NCBI GenBank assembly: GCA_026709065.1
Contig: JAPOTS010000100.1
Coordinates: 15,625-79,624, forward strand
Source of the DNA: Bacteroidota bacterium
GTDB taxonomy: Bacteria > Bacteroidota > Rhodothermia > Rhodothermales > Bin80
Direction of reading: 5' to 3'
DNA length: 64,000 bases
The notes below the pieces were generated by a model that worked only from the letters and a program-made list of their open reading frames with translations, did not search any database and was not told the DNA's origin. The translations under genes were made by a program, and so were the position numbers. Every line of letters starts with the position of its first letter. Position 1 is the stretch's first letter. This document shows positions 28,789 through 40,100 of this stretch, piece after piece.

Positions 28789-29720
28789 ATCAACAAAGCT
28801 CTATTTGGCTTCCAGAAGCAGCATCTACAATTGCTGGGGATGTCGATTCTCTGTTCTACTTCATCCTTATCACGAGCATCATTCTTTTTGTGGGGGTAGT
28901 CTCAACCATGATTTACTTTGCGTGGCGTTATCGACGGCGCAGTCAAGAAGATCGCCCTGAACCGGTATATGAGAACAAAATCGTTGAAGCGTCTTGGGTT
29001 ATTTTTCCCACCATATTGGTTGCCGTCGTCTTTGTATGGGGGTTTAAGGTTTTTCTTGAACAGGGAATTCCCCCACCAAATTCTTACGAAATCAACGTGA
29101 CTGCCCGAAAATGGAGCTGGACATTTACCTATCCAAATGGGGTCGTGTCTGCTGATCTTCATGTTCCTTCTAACCGACCTATCAAGCTACGTATGACCAG
29201 TGAGGATGTGATTCATAGCTTTTTTGTGCCCGCTTTTCGCGTCAAAGCAGATGTCTTGCACGGTCGGTATTCGTATGTATGGTTTGAGGCCATGCATCAA
29301 GACACTTTTATTGTGGCGTGTACGGAATACTGTGGTACATCCCATTCGGATATGTACTCTCGTGTGATTGCCCAATCCCAAGATGATTTTGACAATTGGC
29401 TAATTGAAAACATGGATGATGGCACCTTGACACCTGCCGAGCGTGGTGAACGCCTTTATACCCAACAAGGATGTTTTGCATGTCATTCCCTTGATGGGGC
29501 TCTAGCTTCTGGACCTACATTCCTCGGTTTGGCTGGTAGCACTCGAGTATTTACTGATGGCACCACGGCTGTTGCTGATGACAATTATCTTCGCAATTCT
29601 ATCGTTAATCCAAACTTACAGATCGTAGAGGGGTATCCGCCTGTGATGCCAGGGCAGTACGCTGCGACGCTGTCAGTTGATCAAATTGATGCCCTTGTAG
29701 CATTCATCAAAGAGTATTAG
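28785..29720 (+). CDS. ctaC: Cytochrome c oxidase subunit II with fused C-terminal cytochrome c domain (caa3-type)
   Basis: Two N-terminal TM helices, CuA site HSFFVP...[12 protein letters not shown], and a C-terminal CFACHS heme c motif. Confidence 0.9.
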   Translation: MNQQSSIWLPEAASTIAGDVDSLFYFILITSIILFVGVVSTMIYFAWRYRRRSQEDRPEPVYENKIVEASWVIFPTILVAVVFVWGFKVFLEQGIPPPNSYEINVTARKWSWTFTYPNGVVSADLHVPSNRPIKLRMTSEDVIHSFFVPAFRVKADVLHGRYSYVWFEAMHQDTFIVACTEYCGTSHSDMYSRVIAQSQDDFDNWLIENMDDGTLTPAERGERLYTQQGCFACHSLDGALASGPTFLGLAGSTRVFTDGTTAVADDNYLRNSIVNPNLQIVEGYPPVMPGQYAATLSVDQIDALVAFIKEY

Positions 29721-29728
29721 AGAATATT

Positions 29729-31375
29729 ATGAGCGACGAATCACACAATTATTTGAATGCCCAAAAAGGCCTTTGGTCTTGGCTTTCCACTACGGATCAT
29801 AAGCGAATTGGGATTCTGTATGCCATTGCTTGTGCGGGATTCTTTCTCTTAGGGGGCATCCTTGCCACCTTTGTCAGGACAGAGCTAGGATCCCCAGGAG
29901 AGACTATTCTCGGCCAAGATGAATACAATCAAGTCTTTACCCTTCATGGCGTCGTCATGGTTTTTCTGGTGATCATTCCTGCAATTCCAGGGATCTTAGG
30001 CAATTTTGTATTGCCCATCCAGATAGGGGCGAAGGATGTGGCATTCCCACGCTTAAATTTAGCGAGTTGGTATCTCTTTATGGCTGGTGCCATCATGGCG
30101 GTTTGTGGCTGGCTATTTGTTGGAAAAGTAGATACTGGGTGGACATTCTATACTCCTTATTCCAGCGGTGCATCAAACGCAGTTCTCTGGCTCACTTCCG
30201 CAGTGTTTGTTGCAGGCTTTGCATCCATTTTTACGGGCTTGAATTTTATCGTGACCGTACACAAGATGCGCGCCCCTGGCATGACTTGGAACCGACTTCC
30301 ACTGTTTACTTGGGCGATTTATGCAACCGCAATTGTGCAGGTCTTGGCCACGCCCGTCATTGGGATAACTATGGTCTTGTTATTCTTGGAAAAATTGATG
30401 CACATTGGCATCTTTGATCCAGCCTTAGGAGGTGATCCTGTGCTATTTCAGCATTTTTTCTGGTTCTACAGTCATCCTGCTGTTTACATCATGATTCTAC
30501 CTGCCATGGGGATAATTAGTGATTTGATGGGGACATTCTCTAGACAACACGTGTCTGGTTATACATTTATCGCACTCTCCTCGGTTGCCATAGCATTTTT
30601 AGGATTTCTTGTATGGGGGCATCACATGTTTGTCTCTGGTCAAAGTGCACTTTCCTCAATTATCTTCTCAATGCTCACCTTCCTGATTGGAATTCCCACT
30701 GGGATCAAGGTGTTTAACTGGGTTGCCACCATGTACAAAGGCTCTGTGTGGCTCCGCACTCCGATGATTTATGCATTGATGTTTTTGTTCTTGTTTACCA
30801 TTGGCGGCCTTACAGGAATCATGGTCGGCGTGTTGGCTGTGGATGTTCACTTACATGACACCTATTTCGTGGTGGCTCATTTTCACTATGTGATGATGGG
30901 CGGGGCTCTGATTGGGTTGATTGGAGGAATGCACTATTGGTGGCCAAAAATGACAGGTAGGATGTACAATGAAACCGCTGGAATCATTGCTGCGATTCTC
31001 GTATTCATTGGATTTAATATGACCTTTTTTACCCAGTTTTTTCTCGGTTCCAAAGGAATGCCACGCCGTTATCACGATTACACGGAATTCTTAGAGACAT
31101 TTCCAGAATTTGCAATGCTGAATATGATGTCCACAATTGGGTCATATATTCTAGGCGTTGGCTTAGTCATGATTTTGGTTTATGCCTTGTATTCCTTGTT
31201 TAGAGGTCCCAAATCAACTGCCAACCCATGGGGTGCGTGTACACTTGAATGGACTCATACAGGGCCTATTCCAGATGCGCATAATTTTCATGATACCCCA
31301 TTAGTCACGCGTGGACCTTATGATTTTCATCTTGCAGATGATGTATTTGGTCCGAAAAAGCATACCGATCCATGA
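29729..31375 (+). CDS. ctaD: Cytochrome c oxidase subunit I
   Basis: Diagnostic heme-copper oxidase motifs ([29 protein letters not shown]); 548 aa, 12+ TM. Confidence 0.95.
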   Translation: MSDESHNYLNAQKGLWSWLSTTDHKRIGILYAIACAGFFLLGGILATFVRTELGSPGETILGQDEYNQVFTLHGVVMVFLVIIPAIPGILGNFVLPIQIGAKDVAFPRLNLASWYLFMAGAIMAVCGWLFVGKVDTGWTFYTPYSSGASNAVLWLTSAVFVAGFASIFTGLNFIVTVHKMRAPGMTWNRLPLFTWAIYATAIVQVLATPVIGITMVLLFLEKLMHIGIFDPALGGDPVLFQHFFWFYSHPAVYIMILPAMGIISDLMGTFSRQHVSGYTFIALSSVAIAFLGFLVWGHHMFVSGQSALSSIIFSMLTFLIGIPTGIKVFNWVATMYKGSVWLRTPMIYALMFLFLFTIGGLTGIMVGVLAVDVHLHDTYFVVAHFHYVMMGGALIGLIGGMHYWWPKMTGRMYNETAGIIAAILVFIGFNMTFFTQFFLGSKGMPRRYHDYTEFLETFPEFAMLNMMSTIGSYILGVGLVMILVYALYSLFRGPKSTANPWGACTLEWTHTGPIPDAHNFHDTPLVTRGPYDFHLADDVFGPKKHTDP

Positions 31376-32034
31376 TTAGTGCAGATACAACACTTAAGCA
31401 CTATTTTGTGAATCACGATCAGCAGTTTGATGCTGCCAAGCTTGGCATGTGGTTATTCCTTGTCACTGAGGTGCTCCTATTTGCTGGTATGTTTGTGGCT
31501 TATGCAGTGTATCGGTCATGGCACCCTGAAGTTTTTCTACAAGCGAGCGAATTGTTAGACTGGCGCTTGGGAGCACTCAATACAATTGTACTTTTAGCTT
31601 CAAGCTTTACCGTTGCGTTATCCATTCACTATGTTCAGAAAGGAGAAAATCAAAAAGTTGTTGTTCTACTTCTTCTTACGCTTCTGTGTGCTGCCGTCTT
31701 TATGGGGGTCAAGTATGTCGAGTATTCAGACAAGTTTACTCATGGCATTTTTCCTGGTGCAGGCTTTGATCCACATGGAATCATAGACGGTAAGGATTAT
31801 TCAAAATACAATGTTCCGTTTGCTCCGCAGTTTTTTAGTATTTATTTTGTGATGACCGGAATCCATGGGGTTCATGTTCTTGTAGGAATGGGGATATTTG
31901 GATGGCTCACAACGCGTGTTGCGCGCGGCCATTTTTCCCCTCAGTGGTATACACCCGTTGAACTAACTGGACTCTACTGGCATTTGGTTGACATTATCTG
32001 GATCTTTCTTTTCCCATTACTCTATTTGATTTAG
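31372..32034 (+). CDS. ctaE: Cytochrome c oxidase subunit III
   Basis: [34 protein letters not shown]; 4-nt overlap with subunit I. Confidence 0.9.
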   Translation: MISADTTLKHYFVNHDQQFDAAKLGMWLFLVTEVLLFAGMFVAYAVYRSWHPEVFLQASELLDWRLGALNTIVLLASSFTVALSIHYVQKGENQKVVVLLLLTLLCAAVFMGVKYVEYSDKFTHGIFPGAGFDPHGIIDGKDYSKYNVPFAPQFFSIYFVMTGIHGVHVLVGMGIFGWLTTRVARGHFSPQWYTPVELTGLYWHLVDIIWIFLFPLLYLI

Positions 32035-32044
32035 ACTAAAACTC

Positions 32045-32392
32045 ATGGCAGAGAGTCATCATATCATCCCGATTCGCACACTCAGCATTGTGTTTATTGT
32101 GCTGTTGCTACTCACCGTGATCACTGTCATCACTGCTAGAATTGATTTAGGAGTATTGAACGTACCTTTGGCGCTTACAATTGCTGGATCAAAGGCAATC
32201 CTTGTTGTGATGATATTTATGGCCTTAAAATATGATAATAAGGTCAACATGTTAGCCGTCACTCTTGGAGTCATTTTTGTTGTAGTTTTTCTTGCACTGA
32301 CACTTGCGGATACTGAATTTCGTGGCAGTATGGGGATTACTGAACCGGCGATTGTTGAGCCGACTCCAGAATCAGAATCATCGGATTATTAG
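32045..32392 (+). CDS. Cytochrome c oxidase subunit IV (prokaryotic caa3 type)
   Basis: 115-aa protein with three hydrophobic helices directly after subunit III. Position and size are typical. Confidence 0.65.
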   Translation: MAESHHIIPIRTLSIVFIVLLLLTVITVITARIDLGVLNVPLALTIAGSKAILVVMIFMALKYDNKVNMLAVTLGVIFVVVFLALTLADTEFRGSMGITEPAIVEPTPESESSDY

Positions 32393-32645
32393 ATTACCTG
32401 ATTTTGAGTTTCTGTTTATTCATAAATTTGTTAATGGCTGATTCTGACATAGATTCTGCATCATCTCATCGGATGAATCATTTCTGTATTCCATTGATGC
32501 CATCTGCTTTTTCGTAGAATTTTATTGTCGATATTCTTTGTTACATATAGTCACTATTGGCGAACCATTGATTTAATGTCTTGTCATTTCTGAGCCCCCT
32601 CTTCATTATAGTATCCATTACATCCACTATTTTTCTTGCATTACA

Positions 32646-33821
32646 ATGAGACGATATATTTCCCTTTTCCTCTCAGTTATTCTAATTGCGTCATTAAGTT
32701 CATGTGACTCAAACTCTGATGATGAGGAGCAGCAGCTAACAGAAATCTCTATAGGACTTGCTGTTCCACTCACTGGTTCTTTAGCAATTACTGGTCAGGA
32801 TATGCGTCTGGCGGCTGAAATGTCGGTCTCCATTGTAAATGAAGATACTACTTCAAAGATTTCCTCAGTACTTCGCCTTTCAATTGCAGACACAAAGAGC
32901 ACCGCCGATGGGACGAAGGAAGCATTTGAGGAACTTATTGAGAACAATATTCGATACATTATTGGCCCATATACGTCTGCTAATACCGATGAAATCATTC
33001 CAATCATTGACGAAGCTGGGGTTGTTACCATTGCTCCGGCCTCTGCTGCGGATGGTTTGTCTGAGAAATCTCAATGGCTTTTCCGTTCTGCCTTAACCGT
33101 CGATAGATTGATTCCGATCACTGTCAAACGGACCCATGATCTCCTTGATTACGAGTATATTGCTTCGCTGACTAATCAGGCCGATTTATTTTCTCGTAAT
33201 GCCACGACTATGTTTCTGGAAGAAGTGACGAAAATTACTGGTGTGAGATATGATATTAAGGAAACGTTTGCTCGGTTTCCAGATGACGTTCTCCCCCAGA
33301 TGGATTCTCAAATCAGGTCTTTATTGAATCCACTTCAGCCATTAGATGCTATTTTCTTTTTTGGCTTAGCCCCAGACCGCCTCAATTTTATCCTTCGGGC
33401 CCACCAACTCGGACTACGAAATATTCCTTTGGTGATCCCTGTTCTAAGCACATCTGATATTCGTCGTGCTCGTGAAGTCATTCCCGAGTCAACTGATGGA
33501 ATTTATGCAACACAGGTATGGGTATCTTCTAGCGCTCATCCTACAAGTAGAAATTTTGTAGAGGCATTTCAAGAGCGTTATAGTGTCATTCCTAATGACT
33601 TCCATGCACGTACATATGCCAGCATGAGCCTTTTACTGAAAGCGATTGAAGAATCTGAGGTTCCAACCCCTACCAGCGAAGAGGTCCGCGCTCAGTTGGC
33701 TGATTTTCGCAATGTTGATACGATCTATGGCCCATTCTCATTTGACGCAAATGGAGATGCTATCTATGATCCAGTAGTCGGCATCGTCAATGGTAACAAC
33801 ATAGATCTCATTCCAAATTAA
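32646..33821 (+). CDS. Periplasmic substrate-binding lipoprotein (type I PBP, LivJ/Peripla_BP_6-like), orphan
   Basis: Lipobox LSSC, IGLAVPLTGSLAITGQD and IIGPYTSANT motifs typical of the branched-chain amino acid binding protein family. No permease or ATPase genes are adjacent. Confidence 0.55.
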   Translation: MRRYISLFLSVILIASLSSCDSNSDDEEQQLTEISIGLAVPLTGSLAITGQDMRLAAEMSVSIVNEDTTSKISSVLRLSIADTKSTADGTKEAFEELIENNIRYIIGPYTSANTDEIIPIIDEAGVVTIAPASAADGLSEKSQWLFRSALTVDRLIPITVKRTHDLLDYEYIASLTNQADLFSRNATTMFLEEVTKITGVRYDIKETFARFPDDVLPQMDSQIRSLLNPLQPLDAIFFFGLAPDRLNFILRAHQLGLRNIPLVIPVLSTSDIRRAREVIPESTDGIYATQVWVSSSAHPTSRNFVEAFQERYSVIPNDFHARTYASMSLLLKAIEESEVPTPTSEEVRAQLADFRNVDTIYGPFSFDANGDAIYDPVVGIVNGNNIDLIPN

Positions 33822-34123
33822 TCGTTGATTACCCTCAACATCTAGATTCGTGTAAGGACTAAATCTTTGTCATTTGTAGTGTTACGATTAGGCTTGGTGA
33901 TGTCTGCACTAGACAAGGTGTGGGAACGGATGGCGAGGAGAGTTTCCGTTAGAGAGTACTATCACCCGTCAATAAGATTTGCAGGTGATTAGTCATAGAT
34001 ATAATGCCCATTAAAAAAGATCCATATTGACTTGGATTTGGACAGAGTACATATGTGCAAGGTCATATTAATGAAGATGTTGTACTCTTGGGTAGGGCTC
34101 ACGAAAGATGAGCTTCTTCAAAA

Positions 34124-37100
34124 TCAATAATGTAGGGTCCCCTGCAAATTGAGACTCATATCTCCGATGGACGATTGACGGTGATGGGCCAGAGCTGAGA
34201 TAGAAAATGTCATCCAGTCCTTGGGGCGAATTTCTCCCCCTAGTCGAAATAATTGACCACTAGAAAATTGGGTTACCCCGACAATAGACCTAACCCTACC
34301 ATCTTGAATCGGAATACCATATCCAAGCTCCAATTCTGTTCGATGCATGCCAATTTGTGGAGCTCCTAAATCCAAGATGGTTTGCTGGTGATATAAAGAT
34401 CTTCCATGGTTTGCACCCCAAGAGGGACGAATTTGCATCATCAGACCTCGCGAGGGGTTACCCACCTGAATGGAGCCCGAAACGCCCCACTCAGTAAACC
34501 CATCTGCACTATGGAGTACAAGCCCCTGTGAGCGAATTTCACCGCGTATTGTCCACTCTGGATAAGCAATCCTTAAGCCTCCGCCTAACTCAATTCCAAT
34601 CCCCGTCTCGGCATCTCCTCCATCTTGACGTACATTAGCCTCCACATACGGGCGTATGCCTTCTGTGATTTGAAACGAACTCTGCATGCCCAATCTGATA
34701 CGAATGACCTCGGCATGGATTTTATAATCCTTCATTTTCCCATCCGCCAATAGCACATCCCCAAAGTAATTCACGCGTGTTGATTGAATAGATGCTAAAT
34801 CCCCTTGAAACCCAATAGCACCAAATCTTGAGGTCAAATCTCCATCAAGCTCTGATAATGATGCGTTACCAAAGCCGTACCCCCCACTGAGCCAAATTTC
34901 CCATCCAGAAGATTGATAGGAGAGATATGGATAGAAGCCTGTCAGACCAGACTCAATTTCGCCTGCATCGTTACTGCTGAGTTCATAGGATCCATCGCCC
35001 AGGCTGTGTGCAACCATGACTCCAGCTAACCAACCCGAATTCCATCGATAATCCGCTCCAAACATCGCAGTCGTCACATCAGCACTCAAGGTAAAGGCAT
35101 CATCTCCACGTCCATTAAATCGCCTAAAGGATCCTCGCCCCCACGCACCAAGGCGACCACCTCCTGTGGACGTACTCTTAGAAATTCGGCATCCAGAGAG
35201 GAGTTCCCCCAGCGACGGAGTCCATGCCACCGGGGTTTGCCAGAATCGGACCATATCAGCACGCTCTGCGACACTGCAATAAGTATCTTCCAGTTGAAAT
35301 CGCTCCTGTAATGCCTCAACAATTTGCACGGACATCGTACGCACAAAACGTGCTGTATAAGCTATCATGACATTTTGAGTCTCATCTGTTTCTTCTGAAA
35401 GGGTAGCCATAGCTGTTGACTTTTCAATTCGGCCCTGTTGGGAAGATTCCAGGTGAACAAAGAAGGTTTCCTCCTGCCAGTTAATATCTTCTTTCAACAA
35501 ATGCACATCAATCTTTGAGTGAATGGTTCCAGGTGCAAAGGTCAACATTCCACTGGCCTTCACATAATCCTCCCCCGATGATGCTGTACCATCTTCGGTG
35601 CGATATTGCACCGAAACAGGACCTGGACTCGGATGTGATAGGTACACATCAAAGGTAATCACGCTGGCATCTTCATGAGCGATAGCATCTTCAATGGCAA
35701 TAGTCGCAATGGAATCATCATCTTTGATCGTAGCAGTCGCAGTAGACTTACCAAGAACAGCATTCTCTGGTTTATCAAGTGTGATGATAAATCTCTCATC
35801 CTCCTCTATTAAGTCATCATCTTCGATCTCTATCTGGATGAATCCTCGTTTTCCACCAGCTTCAAAAATTACAATCCCTTGAGATGATGTGTAATCCAGC
35901 GTTGCCTCTGCTGTCTCATTACTAGTCATATATTGTACAATAATGGTTTCATGTGAGACGCGATTTAACTCAACGGGAATTTGAATCAACTCAAGATTCT
36001 CAAATGCTTCGGCATTGAAGATATCAATTGTGACAGAACCGGGGTCATCAATCGTGACGTTCACTTCTTTCTGCTGACCCTCGTAATCACCTCCTGAGGC
36101 GATCACATTAAGGATTATAACGTCATCCTCAGAATCAGAGTCTGGATTAGATTGTAAATTCACTGGTAGCGGGGTTGACCAGTTGGAGCGTGAAAATGTA
36201 AATCTGGTATTGAGTGGAACTAAATCCGTATTCTCATGCCCAGTGATGGTGATTGAAACAGGTGCAGTCGGCTCTGAGGTCAAGGACACTGTAAACCCAC
36301 CCGTGCCTCCTTCTGGGATCTCAATGGAAGTCGGATCTACCATTAATTCTGCGTTATCATTGTCAAGAATGATGATTTCAACGGGTTCATTCACGGTATC
36401 ATATCCCCCACCAGTGGCCTTTAATGTTACCCTTAGCTGATCATCCATGGCATCAGCATCTTCCTGAGCCATAAATGTGAAGCTCTGAAGATCATTCCAG
36501 TTTGTAGTTGTAAAGATAAGGGTACGCGAGGACTGTAAGGTTAGATCTGTCCCTTGATCTCCCGTCAACATCACTGTCACATCGTCAGTGGGTAATTGCG
36601 TGAGACTTAGATTCAATATTCCCATATCGCCCTCATTAATCTCCAACGACGGTTGGACTAATAAATTAGGCCGATCATCATCCTTAATTACAACCTGAAT
36701 GATATGATCAATGTCATCAAAACCCCTACCATCGGCTTCCAACGTTAAACGCACTCTATCATCTTCTAAATCATCATCGTCATCTGCCTTCAGTTTTATA
36801 GATTTAGGTTGATTCCAATTTGAGGGCGTAAAATCAAGCATTGTAGGTACCACTTGCAGATCTGAACCATCAAAGCCATCAACGGTCACTGAAACATTAT
36901 CTTCCGGCTCTGCAGTCAGAGAAACTGGCACTGTTCTTTGACTTCCTTCTAGAATCTCAATGCTTGAATCGGCATTGATCCCAGCTGTGTCATCACTTTT
37001 AATCGTAATGTCTACCGATGCAGGGCTACCCCTAACCATTGATGGAGGAAGAGTGCCAAGTTCTACAGAGAATTGTTCATCGTTTTCAACGAGGTCATCA

Positions 37101-40100
37101 TTGATGGCAAGGATGGCGACCTCTCCACGCGTAGATCCCCCATTGACTAAGATTTGGGGCGCAGAACTGAGAAGTTGATAATCCACTGCAGACGCAGTGA
37201 TAGGGGTCAAGATAAGTGGAATCGTCACGTTGTCTTCCAAAGCACGAGACAACGTCACACTCACAATTGTCTCCTTCCCCTCATCAATAGTTTCTGGCGT
37301 TGCCGATAGCGTGATCGTAGGAAGATTGTCTAGGATCGTGACATTAATTGAAATGGGCCGCCCTTCATCAACTTGTGGGGGCAGTGTCCCAAATGAAATT
37401 GAAAAGGTTTCTGGGCCCTCAACATTATCATCAATCCGAGTTTGAATTTCACCAGTTACTTCGGTCTGTCCCGCAACAATGGTTACACTTGGTAATTGGA
37501 TGTAGTCCGTTGTCGGATCAGCAGGAGTACCCGTACCAGAGGAATACGAAAATGGAATCGTGACTGGCTCATTGATTGCACTTTGAAGCTTCACCGTGAC
37601 CTGTACCAGATCACCTTCAACAACTGAAACAGGAACGACCTCAAAAGTCACCTCCGTTGGAGGGGGAAGATCATTATCAATTATCGTAATGCGTTCTGAG
37701 AAAGAAGTTCCAAGCTTTACATCTGAAGGCAGTTGGTCGCGATCAATAGCGACCGTAAATGCTTCATTTGGCTCATCGGTTTCATCATCTTTGGTCACAA
37801 TCATGATAGATCCACGAGATTGTCCTGATGGAATCCTAACCGAAGCTGGACGCTCTTCAAAATCAGGGGGTTCTGTGGAATGATCAATGTATTCTAATGG
37901 GATAACAGTTTCACTGGTCAGTATACTTGTTAACTCAATCATCACCGATACAGATTCTCCTTCTTCAATGGAGTTTGAGCTGACTGTAAGCCTCGCAGAA
38001 GAACGACCATCATCTATGACCGTCACATCTACATTGACGGGTTCACTTGAGACGTACTCCCCTCCAGATGCAGTGTTGATTAATGTGGCAGAATCGTTCA
38101 CTATATCATCATCTTCGCCCGTATTAACGATGACTGTTTGAGGGTCATCCCAATTTGAGGAATTAAACAAAAGTAAGGGACGATTGACAGAAATCTCTCC
38201 AGATTCACCTGTAACTGCGACCGTTATATTTGTTGAAGGTTCTGTAGCAAGATTAACGGTATAAGATTCTGATTCTCCTTCTGGTATCGACAGAGTCGGA
38301 GGGGTCACGATTAATGATGCTTCATCATCATCATTTACAGTCACTACAACAGGCACGACAGGAACCGATGCGTATTCAACCCCAGAAGCTGTATTAGTTA
38401 ATCTGATGATATCATTGGACGCATCATCGTCTTCCAGAGCATTGACCGTTACGGTCTTGGGGGAATTCCAGCTCAGGGAAGTAAATAAGAGCGTAGATTG
38501 AAGACCTGCGGTAGTCATATCTGTATCTACGGTGATCTTTTCGGAGAGACTCACCACCGTCACAGTCACATTATTTGTGGGCTCAGTAGATAATTCCACC
38601 GTATATGTACCACTTGCACCCTCATTGACTGAGATAGATGAAAGATTTACTATGAGTTCGGCTTCATCATTATCTGAAATTCGTACGAGTACATCCACAG
38701 GTGCAGCGGATCCGTAGTCTCCCCCTGACGGGCGATTGGTGAGCGTCACCCCTTCATCGGTGCCATTATCATCTTCACCTGCCGTCACTGTGACAGTTTG
38801 ATCTGATGCCCAGTTGGAGATCGTAAAGGTCAATGATGGTGGGGAAACCGTGACTGTACTGGAAGCGCTTTCAATAGTGACAGTGACCGTTGCAGTGGGT
38901 AGTGAGGCAAGTTTAACATTGTAGGAATTATTTCCCCCTTCTACGATATCTATGATCTGTGGAGAAACAAGTAGGCCAATCTGGTCATCATCTTCCACGG
39001 TTACTTCAACATCTACAGCAGGAGCAGAAGCATATTCAATTGCCCCCGAGGCTGTGTTCGTTAGGGTTGCTGTACCGTCAATGACATCCGCATCCTGTCC
39101 AGAGCTCACAATCACGGGCTGCGGAGCTTGCCAATTTGTCGGGGTAAAGCTCAGCGTGTTACGATTTACAGTCACTTCTCCTGACTCACCATCTACTTGG
39201 ACAGTTACGTCAGCTGAAGGCTTAGTGAGTAGCTTAACGGTGTAGGATTGACTTCCTCCCTCATCAATAGTCAAATCGGTTGGGTTCACCACTAATTCTG
39301 CCTCATCATTATCACTCACAGTGATGGTGACAACCACATCGGGCACAGAATCATAGTCACCTCCGCTTCCAGAATGGGTTAGCGTAACCTCATCATTGAC
39401 AGCATCATCGTCTTGGCCAGCCGTAACGGTGACTGTCTTAGGCTCGTTCCAATTGGAATTAGTAAATGTTAATGAACTAGAACTAACAGTCACTTCACCT
39501 GGCGATCGATTGATTGAAACGGTGACAGTACCTATTGGCGCAGTCGCGAGTTTAACGGTATAAGATGCATTACTACCTTCATCCACACCAATGTCTGTTG
39601 GTGTAATAATCAACTCCTGATCATCATTATCCGTTACAGTAACCTGAACTTGCTCAGATAAAGATTGGTATTCTTCAGCCCCCGTTGCCATATTGATCAG
39701 GATTGCAGTATCGACTACACCATCATCATCTTCGGCAGCAGTTACAATTACCGTTTGAGCAACATCCCAAGTAGAAGGTGTAAACGTCATAATGTTCTGA
39801 TTTCCAATAGTGGTACCATCTGTATCTAAGGTGATATCGGTATTATTACTACTGATTGAAACAGTGACGGTATTTGATGGCTCCGTGGATAACTTGACAG
39901 TGTACGAACCATCACCGCCTTCATTGATAGTCAAAGTATTTGTGCTCAGAATCAATTCTACATCATCATCAATAACCGTCACTTCCACATCCTTTGATTG
40001 AGATGCGTAATCCCCGCCCGATGCGGTATTGATCAGTGTTGCAGTATCATTGAGTCCATCATCGTCCTGCCCCGTACTTACCGTAACGGTCTGGGAAGTA

